Of a stretch of 64,000 bases of DNA, positions 11,312-23,933 are shown one piece after another; the stretch's first letter is position 1, and every line of letters begins with the position of its first letter. The translations under genes were made by a program, and so were the position numbers. This DNA comes from Phoronis australis. Taxonomy: Eukaryota; Animalia; Phoronida. Location: the NCBI GenBank assembly GCA_002633005.1, contig NMRA01000097.1, positions 893,734 to 957,733 of the forward strand, read 5' to 3'. The notes under the pieces were generated by a model. That model saw nothing but the letters and a program-made list of their open reading frames with translations. It was not told the DNA's origin and did no database searches.

Positions 11312-13563
11312 GGATGTAACCTTACAACATTGTTTTCTTTTTATAATTATATATTGAGTATTTTATGGAACAATATTCTTTTCATTTGACAGTAGTTCCC
11401 GTTGTTTGGCCAGTTTGGGATTGTTGCATTTTAAAATGCTTCCAGAAAATGCACTAATTTCGCCTTTAACTTTACATAGAACCTTACCAACGAGTGTGTG
11501 TACATAGCCAATTATGTACAAAACTAGATTTTTTCTCCTTATATTTTTTCTGAAACTAGATAGCCTGTAGAATTTGATTTTTCATGTTTTACCAATATGC
11601 GGGTAATCGGGTCACCTGGCCCTGTGATTTATTAAAATTTAAGGAAAACGAATAGAGTATGGAAAGCAAAACACCGCGAGCCTGCAATGGCATGACCAAA
11701 TTTCATTTGATACAAATGTTCATGATGAAACCACTAATACGCTGTTACAGTTTTCTAAGTTATTTCCTTTTTATATGACTTTTGATTTTTTTCGTGAAAA
11801 TCTTAGAATTCTTTGTTTGAGGCAGAAGTGAACATTTTAGAGAAAAATCCTAACATTGTTTTCGAGAACAGTGCATAAGTACATGAAAGTTTCATATGAA
11901 TCTGATCAGCCATTTCTGAGATAAAGTTTTCCCAAGTTGGGTCAAATTCTGACCTTTTCCCCATGGTCTTAAGTATGTAATTTTACTGAAAATACGTTTG
12001 ATGATTCATGTCACGATAACGTTCAATCTATTTCCTAACTAAATTTTTGTTGTTAAAATTCGTATGGGTGTTTCCAACGATGTTCGGTGACGTGGCCTAG
12101 GTGGGTCGGTAATGGACAAGGATTTCGTTTTGTAGGCTAAAGAAACATAACGATAACGTTGATTAATAACATTTTGAACAAAATGATTGCAACAGAGTCC
12201 AGTTGTACCATTATTATCGAAACTGGAATAGCTTGCACTAACCGCATACGTTACGGGGTTGGTTTGATGCCGACCAATCAAACCACAGTACATATTAATT
12301 GTGCGTAACGGGATATTTGTGAGGCAGACTAAGTACGGAAGTGTTCTTGATCCATGTACATGTAACGCTGGCGGCCGTATCTTTCATCGTTTACCTGTTT
12401 TCTTGAATCTTCCGGTTTGCAACGTCGTTGCAGTTACAATTGACTAATGAATCGGCGGTGATTTTTTTCGTGTTTAAATGGAATAGGAGCTGATGTTGCC
12501 ATATTTAAAGTCCAGTTATGTACAAAAAACTTGCCGCACAAAATGAAAAAGAGTCGCTTCGTAGCCTCTGTAGTCTCTCGAAAGTTGTCTCGACGGTGTT
12601 GTCTAGGCTCAGACATTGTGGCGACTGGGCTGAACAAATTTGTGACTACCGAGGGGGTGGGGTCACTCAGTCGAGGCGACCGACCGGGTGGGTTCTGGAA
12701 CTGAAAAAATTGGAACGACAGCTGGGGTCAGCTCAAGATGCCAATCCCCTCGCACTTTTTGTAGCACAGGGGTCCTGAGAAGGCTTAAAGAAACTTATTC
12801 GACAATTTTGGTATTTTCCCTGTAGACCAATTCACGGCAAGGAAGCTTTGTCAAATAACCAATGTCTTTCTTTTGGTTTGGCTCAACGAAAGGCCTCTAC
12901 ATCTTGACACGACTAATCCTGGCCAGAGTTTAGGTAAACATGTAATGGGTAGGGGATTTCCGCTATATCATACGTGTATATCCATGGTAACGCATACCTC
13001 GATTGGCAACCGCCGGGGATAGTTCACCACTTTTCAGTAACCTGCCTGATAACACCTAAGGGTAGTGTAATTACTCAGTCACTGCAAGCCCGTAGCCAGG
13101 GGGTTCGATCGAGCCCCCCTCCCGCGGAAAATGCCCAGCGCCAGTCTATCAAGATAGGACATAGGTGGACAGCAACGACGATATCGTTGCAGCTACTGGT
13201 ACAACTAACTACAGCCAGTGATAACTAAGTTAGAAATAATATTGAATTTGCTACTGATTCAAAGAGCTTCATGTAATCACCGGGCCATACCCGGCCAACT
13301 TCGCCCGAGTGGTGTTTGCGTGGATGACAGGATCGTGCTGAGGAGGCATTGAACGCGCGTGGTGGCTACGTCATAGGGTAACAAGGGAGTCTAAGAAGTA
13401 AATTTCTACCTAGCTAAACTATACATAGCAGCGAGAGAACTACCAAAAAGTAGTGCTATGTGACTGCCTTAAATCGACCAAGGAAAAAAACAGCGGAAAT
13501 ACTAAATATAGACGCTAATAAACAATAGACAATAATAAATCAAATAATCACAGAAAAAGCATA

Positions 13564-13638
13564 AATCCAACTGGGAATCGAACCTCAGTTCTCTAGATTG
13601 GCGGTCTAGTGCTCGTAGCACTGAGCTACTAAAGACCC
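13564..13638 (-). pseudogene. tRNA-Gly(GCC)-like pseudogene or SINE head
   Basis: Minus strand TAGCTCAGTGCTACGAGC (D arm), CTAGA-CCGCCAA-TCTAG (anticodon arm), GGTTCGATTCCCAG (B box); acceptor and T stems are imperfect. Confidence 0.6.
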
Positions 13639-14224
13639 ATCCGGCCTGTGCAAGCTGTTGTCATCCATCCCGTACATGTAAGCGGCATTTCGCCATTTTC
13701 ACACGAGTTTTGGACATTACATGTAGGTTTGTTAACTGCTATGTTTGGTATACTTGCTTGCATAGTACGGAAAAGTGCTGGCGTTTTCAAATTTCGAATT
13801 GAAAGTGATCGTCACTATGCAAATATGTCGTTCATCCAGTGTCCACTTAGCCTTCTGGCCATGATTGATGGTTGGTTACCTTCGAATTTAGTTCACTACC
13901 TTGAATGTCCACAATTCCGAAACCAGAACTCCGACAGTTCATAACTCTGATTGTCTACTAATGAGTCGGAACTGATATGAATAAAGTATTGTAGTTGTGT
14001 CCATGGAGTGACCATTTAAATAGTGTGCAAAAGTCGAATAGGTCTTAAAACATTGATTAAATGATTAATTTACAAATGAGCTCACAGTTCCAATCACTGC
14101 CAATCGTAATTCTTGAATCTAACTATCGACTCATTCTCAAGCAGGGACAACATCTGAGGCACGGGTCAGGGCTGTGGGGACCAACGGTGGTTTTAAATTT
14201 AAGACGGCTGAATGGGACTCTGTG

Positions 14225-14570
14225 GTAGATAATTCGTCAATATTCCTGCTTCATATTGTTTTAAAAATGCAAGTACGTACACATTTTTCCGTATTCATAA
14301 GACATGCGGGCAATTTCGAATGAAATCCAAAAACAAAGTGATTTAGTATCCGGGTGTATTTGTTCTCGGTACAGGTACACCGCTGGGAAATGATGCGATC
14401 TTGACATGGATTTAATTAATGTATCGTGGTTGATAATTCGTCAATATTCCTACTTCATATTCTCTATAAAAATGTCAGTATGAACTCATTTTTCGGTCAA
14501 TTTCGCATGCGCACGTAGGCCTAATCCAAACAAGTGCTTTTGTACCCTGGCGTTGTTTTCGGTATAGATA
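14225..14570. repeat. Diverged tandem duplication, period ~204 bp
   Basis: gataattcgtcaatattcct(g/a)cttcatatt at ~14228 and ~14432; downstream similarity continues. Confidence 0.7.
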
Positions 14571-15339
14571 CATGTACACGTACACCACTAATAACCGAAG
14601 TAACGTTTACTTTTTGCATGTTAAAATATAAAAATTACATCTGAGTCTGAAATTTTAGATATTTTTGGAGTAGTGAACCTTCGAAGTTGTGTATCATCGA
14701 AATAGTAGGCTGTTCCCATTTCCACCGATGTAAGCAACTTCAGTAACACGAAGTAAAAATACAACTAGACAGAAAATTTCGTCAAGTCATTTTCCGTCCG
14801 AATATGTAATGAGGTGTAATCACTCATTTAAGCACGACTGATTTGAAAGTTTGGCAGGAGATAACGCGAGAACGTCCTGGACATATTACATCCGAATTTG
14901 AGCCCCATTTTTGCGAGCCATCATCACGGCATCCTCATCTCTGGTATTATGAATACCATCTCATCTCAGAAACATAGAGCTGAAAGTCATTATTGTGTAT
15001 ACAAATTTCCCTTCCTCCCAACTGAGCTGCGTCAAAGGCCTTACAGAACACTCAACAGTGTCGACGTTTGCAAAGTCTACTGTTCTAGAAATTCGAACCC
15101 CCTTCCCACGCATTACTGACTACGTGCCCGCACTGGAGACGAGACCTGAGGCCAAACCACCACGAGACGATACACGAGAGGTTGAAATATCCTCACGTTT
15201 CTGACTAATGTTTTGGGCGAACTTTTTGCAAACAGTATTCAGGCTAATAGAATAGTTTATTTCTTCAAATGCCTTTGGCCCCCAAGACATTTCTACAATG
15301 ACAATATTTTACATGATGGGTGTGTCCACATATACTTAC

Positions 15340-16570
15340 AAGCTCACCACTTCTTTTATTATTTCGTATGCTTTGATAACAAAATTTGTCATGTTTTTCA
15401 AATGGTGTTCTTTACAAAAGAGCATTAAATTGTAAATCAACACTAACAATAGATCTATGTTTCAAGTGACTACATCTCAGATCTACTAAAACAGGACATG
15501 GACACAAAGCGTGACTGTTTTACTTCACCCTGATTACTAATAGAACACAATCTTTGATCACGGGGGAGGGCACTATTTATTCTGCCCAGTTCTATATTAA
15601 ATTGATGGGTTGAACACGTGTTCGCTATAGCAAAAACTTGACCAAGTGAAAAATTCCCGAACAACTTCTCACAAACCAGCTCTGATTTGATTGAACAATA
15701 GAAATTACATTTCTCAATGCTTCCAATAGGTTGCAACCATTTTTGAAAATTCAACACCACTCAGCCTTTGTTTGAATTCTTACATAAATATGTCCATCAC
15801 CGATTTTCTGACATAGCCATACATATCCAAAGCCAGTAATAACAGGTTTTTCACTCTTGTACACCAGTTTTCCTGCCCAAGTGCATCCTTACAATATACA
15901 TGTATCAACAATTCGTAGCATTGCTTTGATTATCTATTACTACCCACTATGAATAACTTCAATAAATATTTAATTAGGCTTACACACGAGATACTACTAA
16001 TTCACACCGCCCACATTCACCTCGAGCCATGACATTTGTTGTTTTATTACCAGTAAGCAAAAGGCACTCACAGAATTTATTCTGAACATTTTCTATTTCC
16101 TTTCTATAGCATGTCGCCCATACCGCTTCAACACCATAATAATGTATTGGGGATGTCACAGAATCAAAAAGTTTGAAAGCTATTTTGGCATTACGACTCG
16201 AGCTTGTATCACTGTGCTTAATAGCATACAGAGTTTTATTTGCTTGCTGGGCTATAGTGTCACAGCAACTTGACCAATAGTCAGTCTACATGAGAATGCA
16301 CGCCCTAGATATTTGTAATAGCTTATTACTTCCAACTGAGTGTTCCTATATGTTCACCTCACAGTTATCTTTCCACCCGTTTTAAACACCACAATATTTG
16401 ATTTTTCCATATTTACTGACATATTCACACAGAGCTTTTTAAGTACACTTAACCGTGCCTGTAACTCTATGACAGAATCTTCAAATAACAACGTTTTCGG
16501 CAAACAATAACATGCACACATTTTCAATATCTTGGGAAATATTTATTCCAAAACACCTTCCTTCTCGCAT
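15340..16570 (-). mobile_element. Decayed CR1/L2-group LINE (RT and C-terminal region)
   Basis: Fragments CLLFA-N-V-LF, VNMEKSNIVVFK-GG, FKLFDS, ARGECG, FNIELGR...PRDQRLC..NQGEV, with many stops and frameshifts. Confidence 0.8.
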
Positions 16571-17520
16571 ATCCTTTGCTTGCTGGTTGACTATACATGT
16601 ATTTCAGGCTAATGTGATGTGGCTTGGTCCTACAAGCGGTCGCGATCACTGAAAACTTCAGTGAGACATCAATGACCGCATTTGGAGGGAAACTTGTCAA
16701 TAACTAAGTTCTCTTCGAAATTAAAAAAAAAATCCAACTATTTGGCTTAAAAAGTGTTTTTTAGTTAGATCTTGCAGTATTCATTTCATATTAGCAAACT
16801 GAAACCTCAAAAATTAAGGAAGTGCATGGTGGGAACTCTTTAATTCCATGGTCGGATTTATGTATTACACTATGTTGACGAAAAATAGTTTCCACATATC
16901 AGTCAAGCTGTTTGCACAGCCAATCAGGACGCAGAAAAATGTAAAGACTACTTCCGTCCTCTATCTTGGCCAATCCTAATTCGTTGTTGACGACAGCAGA
17001 AAGATGATTTTTTGGATGAACGTGGGACACTTACGGACAGATCAACGATTTACGGAGGACCAACAGGGAAAAGTACTTAGGTGATATAAGAACGTAACGT
17101 CAGAATAAACTGAAGCCCGACAGAAAGGGAAATTTATTCACTCTCCTATTGCTTCACACATATTTTCTTTTCCTTTCCAAATTTTGGTGAAAAAAAATAG
17201 AGCTAACGGACGACAAAAAGTCAGATCAGACGTCTGACGCGTTCACATGTGAATTTTTTATAGTGGCTGGAGTAATCAGACGTCCGATTTGCCTGCTGAA
17301 AAAGCCGGAACATTTAACGCTGTGTAATTTTTGTAAAAATGGCTTTTCGAAAAACACTTCATCTATTACATCAGCTGGCAAATGCACTATTTAAAATTTA
17401 TCCAGTAAGTATATAACGTCGCAAGGTCACTTTTGGGTAGACTGAAAGTATTTGGTGCTTGGTTAGGTATATCTTGGTTTAAAGCGGTCTCGTATAACGT
17501 GTCAGTTCCTTCCAAGCCTT

Positions 17521-17652
17521 CTGACCAATCAGAACGCAGCATTCCTGACACACCTTTGTTTCCAAGCCGCCGTTTTACCCGCCAAACAACACGTTGGCTG
17601 GTAAAACTTAATGTTTGTTTGTCGACATTTCGCAAGGGGGCGGAGCTTGCGA
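17521..17652 (+). repeat. Dispersed repeat, copy 1 (second copy at 38724-38855)
   Basis: Near-identical ctgaccaat-agaacgcagcatt...gtcgacatttcgcaaggg-gcggagcttgcga. Confidence 0.8.
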
Positions 17653-18735
17653 AATGTCCATTGTAGGTCGCGTAAATCGAAAGAAACCTTTGATAGGTTT
17701 ATGACATCTTTACTTGAGACACGCCAGGCCGTTGTCTGTCGTTCAAACACATCGGATGACAAAGGCTTCACCCAATCCGTCCTCGCTGTAGCCACTAAGT
17801 GCTCATTTTAACAGAGACCTTTGTTTCTAAAATTTTAAGGTACGCATTCAAAATTATGTCCCTTTTAACCCGAGTGATTTTTATCAAGATTTTAGTGAGT
17901 TCTAGGGTACGTTTTATATTTTTGCCCATGTAAACAAATACGTTCATGCGAGTCATTTTTCTGGAATATTATATTAACTTTTTCACAAAATCAGGTTTGT
18001 AGCCTGACGATTCTGTAATTTTATCTTCAAGTGAGAAATTTTCAAGATCCCGCAAAAAATTCCCACGCAAAACAACGCGTGGAGGTGTCTTTTAAATATA
18101 AATGCCGTTCGTAGGAGACTTTTTTGGGTCATTTAACCAGATTCTCCCCCAATCTTGAAAACCTTTCGTATGAATACAAAAATTGCGCGACTATTAACTT
18201 CCTTTACTGGATTAAACATTTTAAGGAAATAGCTCGAGAAAAAACTCACATGAGTGGACCCTGAAACGGAATTTCTCGACTAATTACAATTTGCCGTTGA
18301 GACCATTATATTCGAGTGCCGGGGTGAAATCAGAAAATAACAATATTGTAGAATTACCCCGGTTCGTTATAGCAATCACACAACCCTAATTAAGCCTGTA
18401 GGTGATTTGTTATTGCATTCCATGCAAAGTCCTTAAGATAAAGGCAGTACTGGAGTCTAAGAATAGGATCGATCTTTCGTTTGGCGTTTGTATAGGACGC
18501 AGTCTCTTGCATCATGTTTTTATGGTACTAGGAGACACACCAGCACACGGTGCACACAAGGGGCCATCACAAATTATCGTTGTGAAAATGCAGTGCTTTG
18601 ACTCTCTGCTTTTCTTTGCTCAGTCGGTCCGTAACGTCTGTCCCCACGCCCGTTTTCTATTGGATAATTTTTCGCCACATGTGTAGGGGGACGAATCTGA
18701 ACTTGCGAGATTTTCACAAATATGAAATATATATT

Positions 18736-18739
<4 letters not shown>

Positions 18740-18785
<46 letters not shown>
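18740..18785. repeat. (TG)n microsatellite running into the assembly gap 18786-19565
   Basis: Read directly. Confidence 0.97.
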
Positions 18786-19586
18786 NNNNNNNNNNNNNNN
18801 NNNNNNNNNNNNNNNNNNNNNNNNNNNNNNNNNNNNNNNNNNNNNNNNNNNNNNNNNNNNNNNNNNNNNNNNNNNNNNNNNNNNNNNNNNNNNNNNNNNN
18901 NNNNNNNNNNNNNNNNNNNNNNNNNNNNNNNNNNNNNNNNNNNNNNNNNNNNNNNNNNNNNNNNNNNNNNNNNNNNNNNNNNNNNNNNNNNNNNNNNNNN
19001 NNNNNNNNNNNNNNNNNNNNNNNNNNNNNNNNNNNNNNNNNNNNNNNNNNNNNNNNNNNNNNNNNNNNNNNNNNNNNNNNNNNNNNNNNNNNNNNNNNNN
19101 NNNNNNNNNNNNNNNNNNNNNNNNNNNNNNNNNNNNNNNNNNNNNNNNNNNNNNNNNNNNNNNNNNNNNNNNNNNNNNNNNNNNNNNNNNNNNNNNNNNN
19201 NNNNNNNNNNNNNNNNNNNNNNNNNNNNNNNNNNNNNNNNNNNNNNNNNNNNNNNNNNNNNNNNNNNNNNNNNNNNNNNNNNNNNNNNNNNNNNNNNNNN
19301 NNNNNNNNNNNNNNNNNNNNNNNNNNNNNNNNNNNNNNNNNNNNNNNNNNNNNNNNNNNNNNNNNNNNNNNNNNNNNNNNNNNNNNNNNNNNNNNNNNNN
19401 NNNNNNNNNNNNNNNNNNNNNNNNNNNNNNNNNNNNNNNNNNNNNNNNNNNNNNNNNNNNNNNNNNNNNNNNNNNNNNNNNNNNNNNNNNNNNNNNNNNN
19501 NNNNNNNNNNNNNNNNNNNNNNNNNNNNNNNNNNNNNNNNNNNNNNNNNNNNNNNNNNNNNNNNNGGGGGGGGGGTGGTTAGGTAG

Positions 19587-19630
19587 TAACCCCAACCCTA
19601 ACCCTAGCCTTGCCCTAGTCCTAACCCTAG
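19587..19630. repeat. Degenerate (CCCTAA)n telomere-like tract, followed by GGAT/GGAC-rich simple repeat
   Basis: taaccccaaccctaaccctagccttgccctagtcctaaccctag. Confidence 0.6.
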
Positions 19631-21617
19631 GTATGGGGTGGAGAGACAGGGAGAGACGTACGGATGAATAGATGGGCGGCCGGATGGATAGGTGTAGGGG
19701 AGGATGGATGTATGAATAAACCGAGAGGGGTATAGGAATTGATGGACGCGTGGACTGATAGGTAGAATGGGGGCGGATGGATTGGGACGCGGACCAATTC
19801 ATTGACCGAATGGGGACTTAAGCAAGTGAAATACTGAGAATAAATACAACCTGTCGGTCTTCATTATTTCTCCGAGAATTTGTCGGCTCTACTGATTTTT
19901 GGTAATCAAATCACATGTCTAGTGAATAACTTACAAAATAAGTGGCGAATCTCCACCAAACTTTCAAAATACAAAATCGAGAATAACTCGGTAGGTGAAA
20001 TGCTCTGATAGTTCTTACATATATTGATGCATACAAGCAGGTGATAATTGCTCACGAGCATCACTTCTGTTCCATTTACAACCAGATATATCACAATAAC
20101 GACGTTCAGTTACCAATATTTTTGTTATCCACTTATTTTAATTGCTTTTTGTCGTACATATTTTTCCTAAATAGTCCCAGTCGTCGTCATAAATCCGTTT
20201 TTTTATTTTTTTAGCAAATAGATTGTTAAACAGGACTAGTCATGAAAGTGAAACCTGGAAATTTACTTTTTTTCACCAGGCGTCTTATCAAAAGAGGTTG
20301 TCTCCTAATCCATTTAAACAAAATTCCACTTGTCGTTTTCACATACAGATACATTTTGCTCAAGAATTTGTCACAAATATGACTATCGTCAAAATTGCTA
20401 CTACCTACTGGCAGTTCTAACATGTCGCGTGTGGTGTGAAATCCAATTTTCGAGGAGAATTTTCCTCGTAAGCCCTCGAAATGGCCTGCCGAAGGCTTCT
20501 CCTTTTTGTCGTATCCTTGTAGGACGGGGCTTCAAATCCGCCTATTCTAAACTGGAATCAGAACATCTGTAGTCCTCGCGTGCTCGCTGTTCACAGGTGC
20601 CCGTCGTTTCTTTTGCACTATTGATTAAACCTGACCATTCCGTGTTGCAGTAAAGCATTTTATGATTTGACCAAGAATCGTTGCAAGTCGTCAGGTTGAT
20701 CGCGCAGGACAACTTGGTTGCCTGACGCAGACAAATTTCGACAATAGTCAGGGGTACCGTGAGCATCGCATCTTTAGCAAGAACCACCTATGAACCTGGG
20801 AATTATGCATGCGAATTACCCATGAATCATGTATACGAACCCATGAATCATGCATACGAACCCAAAATTCACCCATACACACGCACACAAAATGATACAC
20901 ACGAGCATTGAATCACCCGCGCGAGCACGTGATGCTTGAGCGTATGATTCTACATGTATAGTGCCCCTAACAGTAGGCATATGTGAAGAGGACGTACAAA
21001 CCGTGTAAACACTTCGGAATCACTTGCGCACCAACGGAGTCTTTCGACAAATGTTCAATGTCCAAGATGCCAATTTCAAATCGGATCCGTGAAAAAAGTG
21101 TGAAAGTTTCATAACACGGTTGCTAAGAGTTTATTCGCATTTATCAAGAGATCGCCGGTGTTTGTGTTCATACATGTACATATAATGAGCAAAGCTCAAT
21201 TTTCAGTGCAACTTTTACTGTCATACGTATAACGAACGCGAGACTCGTTTTAGCAACAGGTTGGCAATATATATTAAACAGGATTACTCAGTTGCAGTGG
21301 TGTTTTTGACAGGTAATATGCAACACAACCCGGTTAAACATGAATAACGAAGACATTAACAAAATCGATATCATAATTTTTTGAGATATTTAGGACTAAT
21401 TTACTTTTAATTTGACGCTTAACTAGTTGTAGCCGGAAAACATATGAGGCGGGATTCGTCTCCCTGTTGTGCACTATTTTTTATGCTAGAGTGGTTCTGA
21501 TCTGGGTGTGAATTGGGTCCTCAAGAATTTACCCCTCAGTACAGTAAGGCTTAAGTGTGGTAACCGGAATTAGGTGCATGTGTCAATATGTGAATCACTC
21601 GAGTAAAACCGGGAGAA

Positions 21618-21837
21618 CGTTCTACAGACCTAGTTTCTTGCGAGAAAAGCAAGATCTCGCAAGACCTCGCAAAATCCCGCGAGTGAAAAGCTATCATTTT
21701 CCGGGTATGCTAGGGAGTTTACTAGCCTATCTCTACAAATATGGCGGACACACATGATTGGTCAGTGAGACTAGAGTTTTGAATATTCTGCCGTTCCCGC
21801 CGTAAGAGCAGGCTAATGTCTTGAAGTCTATAGAACG
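21618..21837. mobile_element. ~220-bp MITE (family also at 62136-62318, fragments near 30750, 58380, 60040)
   Basis: Ends cgttctacagac / gtctatagaacg; shared gcgagaaaagc-agatc core. Confidence 0.6.
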
Positions 21838-23425
21838 CAGCTCGGGTGCAAGTGCGCGCGATATACCGCATTGCAATCACAGCACGTGATCATGTTCGCT
21901 TACTACATCTACAAATACATTGCCGCCTGCGCCTAAAAGTGAAGATCTGGCACACGCCTTCATATGCGAAACACGTGGCCAAAGAAATGTAAAACGCATT
22001 ATTTCGGAGATAGCCGCACGAGTCTAAATCTGCGCAAATGCCAAGGGTACTCGCGCTTTCACTTTCATTTCCGGTACCTCTAGTTCGGTTGGCCGGACGG
22101 ATTGCGAATTGACTGGAAGGACTGCATTGCAACGTTTGTTTGAGGTTGATATCAAATCCTGTACAGAACGAACGTTGAATGAAGCGACTTGCACAATTAT
22201 ATGTTATGAAGGAACAATAATTTGTTTGACAAATACATAGGGCCTACTAGAAACACTGATGCAAGAATACTAGACGCTCTATTTTCCAGGCGTCTAGCAC
22301 ATTCTAGTGTTGCAACTAACCATATAGTTATAAACATGTGTAAGGATCTCGACATGAGAATTCATTTAAATTCTGAATGTCAATCGAAGTAAATCTACTT
22401 ACTGTATTTGCAATTCTAATATGACAATCCTAAGCGAATGACAGCTCACATCATGACGAAAGAGGTCATTAGTTAGACTTGTACGTTATGTAAACGTTCA
22501 CATTAGCATGTGCCAGTCATTTCCACTCATTTGTCTAACGCAATTAGTACACTGGACACTTTTTGAGTTGCTTACGTCGTTTAAAGTTGGTAGATAGGCA
22601 CCTTGATACATAATGCAGCAGACTTCGTGTTTCAACTTTACATTCCTACCTTTGCAGGGAACAGCATGTCATATTCATATTCTTCCTCAAAAACAAAAGT
22701 TAAATCAGCTACCAAATTTCGTTTTAAACTTAGCAGGTCTTAATTTTGACGGCCGGTGTCTCGGCTGTTCGAAGAAAAACTAAAATGTGTGAAGCAAAAT
22801 TCTCTTGGCAATATATCATAAAATTAGTACACAAAATTTTATGCGAATCGATTCACGCACTGAAAAGAAACATACGTTCAAAAGTGCCAAAAATGTCTAA
22901 AATCAAAAGATCTGAAGCTGGCCGATAAACGTTTACCACTACATACAGATTGAAATCAACTGAAGACATCCCGAACAACTCGCATTTTTGGCGCGTATAC
23001 AATGCGTCACGTTTAAAGATTTTCACGAGCAACAATGGGAAATATAGATATGTATAATTTTATACACCATGTGAATTTTGAATTTTTGAGAAAAAGTCCA
23101 CGAAAGTTGACCACTGCATTTACGTCGGCAACGCAACCAAAACATTTTATCCCATTTCACCGAATGAGGTTTTATCCAGTCTTTTCCAAATAAAACTCGT
23201 TAGGCATAGCGTGAATGTTGGTATACAGTTCATGCTATCAGAGGCATTAGCTAATGCATCATTTAGATTTGAAGAAGTCAATAATTTGTGTTTTAAACTT
23301 GTTTTGTTATAATTCAGCTAAGTCTTACCACAATTATATCCAGTAAGTAGTTTTATTTCCATGCCAACTAAATCGTCGTTGTCACCTGCGCGAAAGATCG
23401 GAGTCGCGCGCATTGTGGGAGTTCG

Positions 23426-23622
23426 TGACGTCATGGTTTGGACTTGCAAATTGACTTGCTACCAGCATCGTTCCCGTTTTATTGGTCGTGTTCTATATCG
23501 ATATCATAGTCGCTGTATGTTTCGACAATACAGCTGTTTTGTTTTATCTTTTCACACGCTTAAATAATCCACGGTTCTCAATAGACAAGATTTCCCATCT
23601 ACACGACGCAAGGATGACGTCC
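23426..23622 (+). promoter_or_regulatory. PC1/3 proximal promoter: perfect CRE TGACGTCA 23426-33, inverted CCAAT ~23481, near-CRE TGACGTCC 23615-22
   Basis: Motifs lie 340 and 150 bp upstream of the ATG in a CpG-rich patch. Confidence 0.55.
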
Positions 23623-23765
23623 GCATGATAACCAACGGAATTTTCGACTACACCTGGAAAAGTTTTCGGAATTTTTGAATTTGACTTTCGTTCTTACCTG
23701 AATTTGGTGACTGACTATAAGGAAACGAGGAGGACGGAGATACATTCATTAGCTCTGGCGATAGT

Positions 23766-23933
23766 ATGATTGCCTCGTTTTTGTTGCTTCTAACATGTGG
23801 AAGTTTGTTCAACGTTTACGCGGACGAACATAATCACCGACACTATACCAATGAATTCGCTGTGGAGATCGAGGGAGGCAGCGTAGTAGCGGATGTGGTG
23901 GCCAGAGAACTCGGCTATAAAAACCAGGGTCAG
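23766..23933 (+). CDS. PCSK1: Prohormone convertase PC1/3 exon 1: signal peptide and prodomain start (MIASFLLLLTCG...YTNEFAVEIEGG...ARELGYKNQGQ)
   Basis: Hydrophobic signal; NEFAVEI-GG...A-ELGY---GQ S8 prodomain motif; donor CAG|GTAGGT, phase 0. Confidence 0.92.

Noticed and set aside
18598-19802. Long ORFs of 281-357 aa
   Set aside because: Artefacts of the (TG)n repeat plus the N gap
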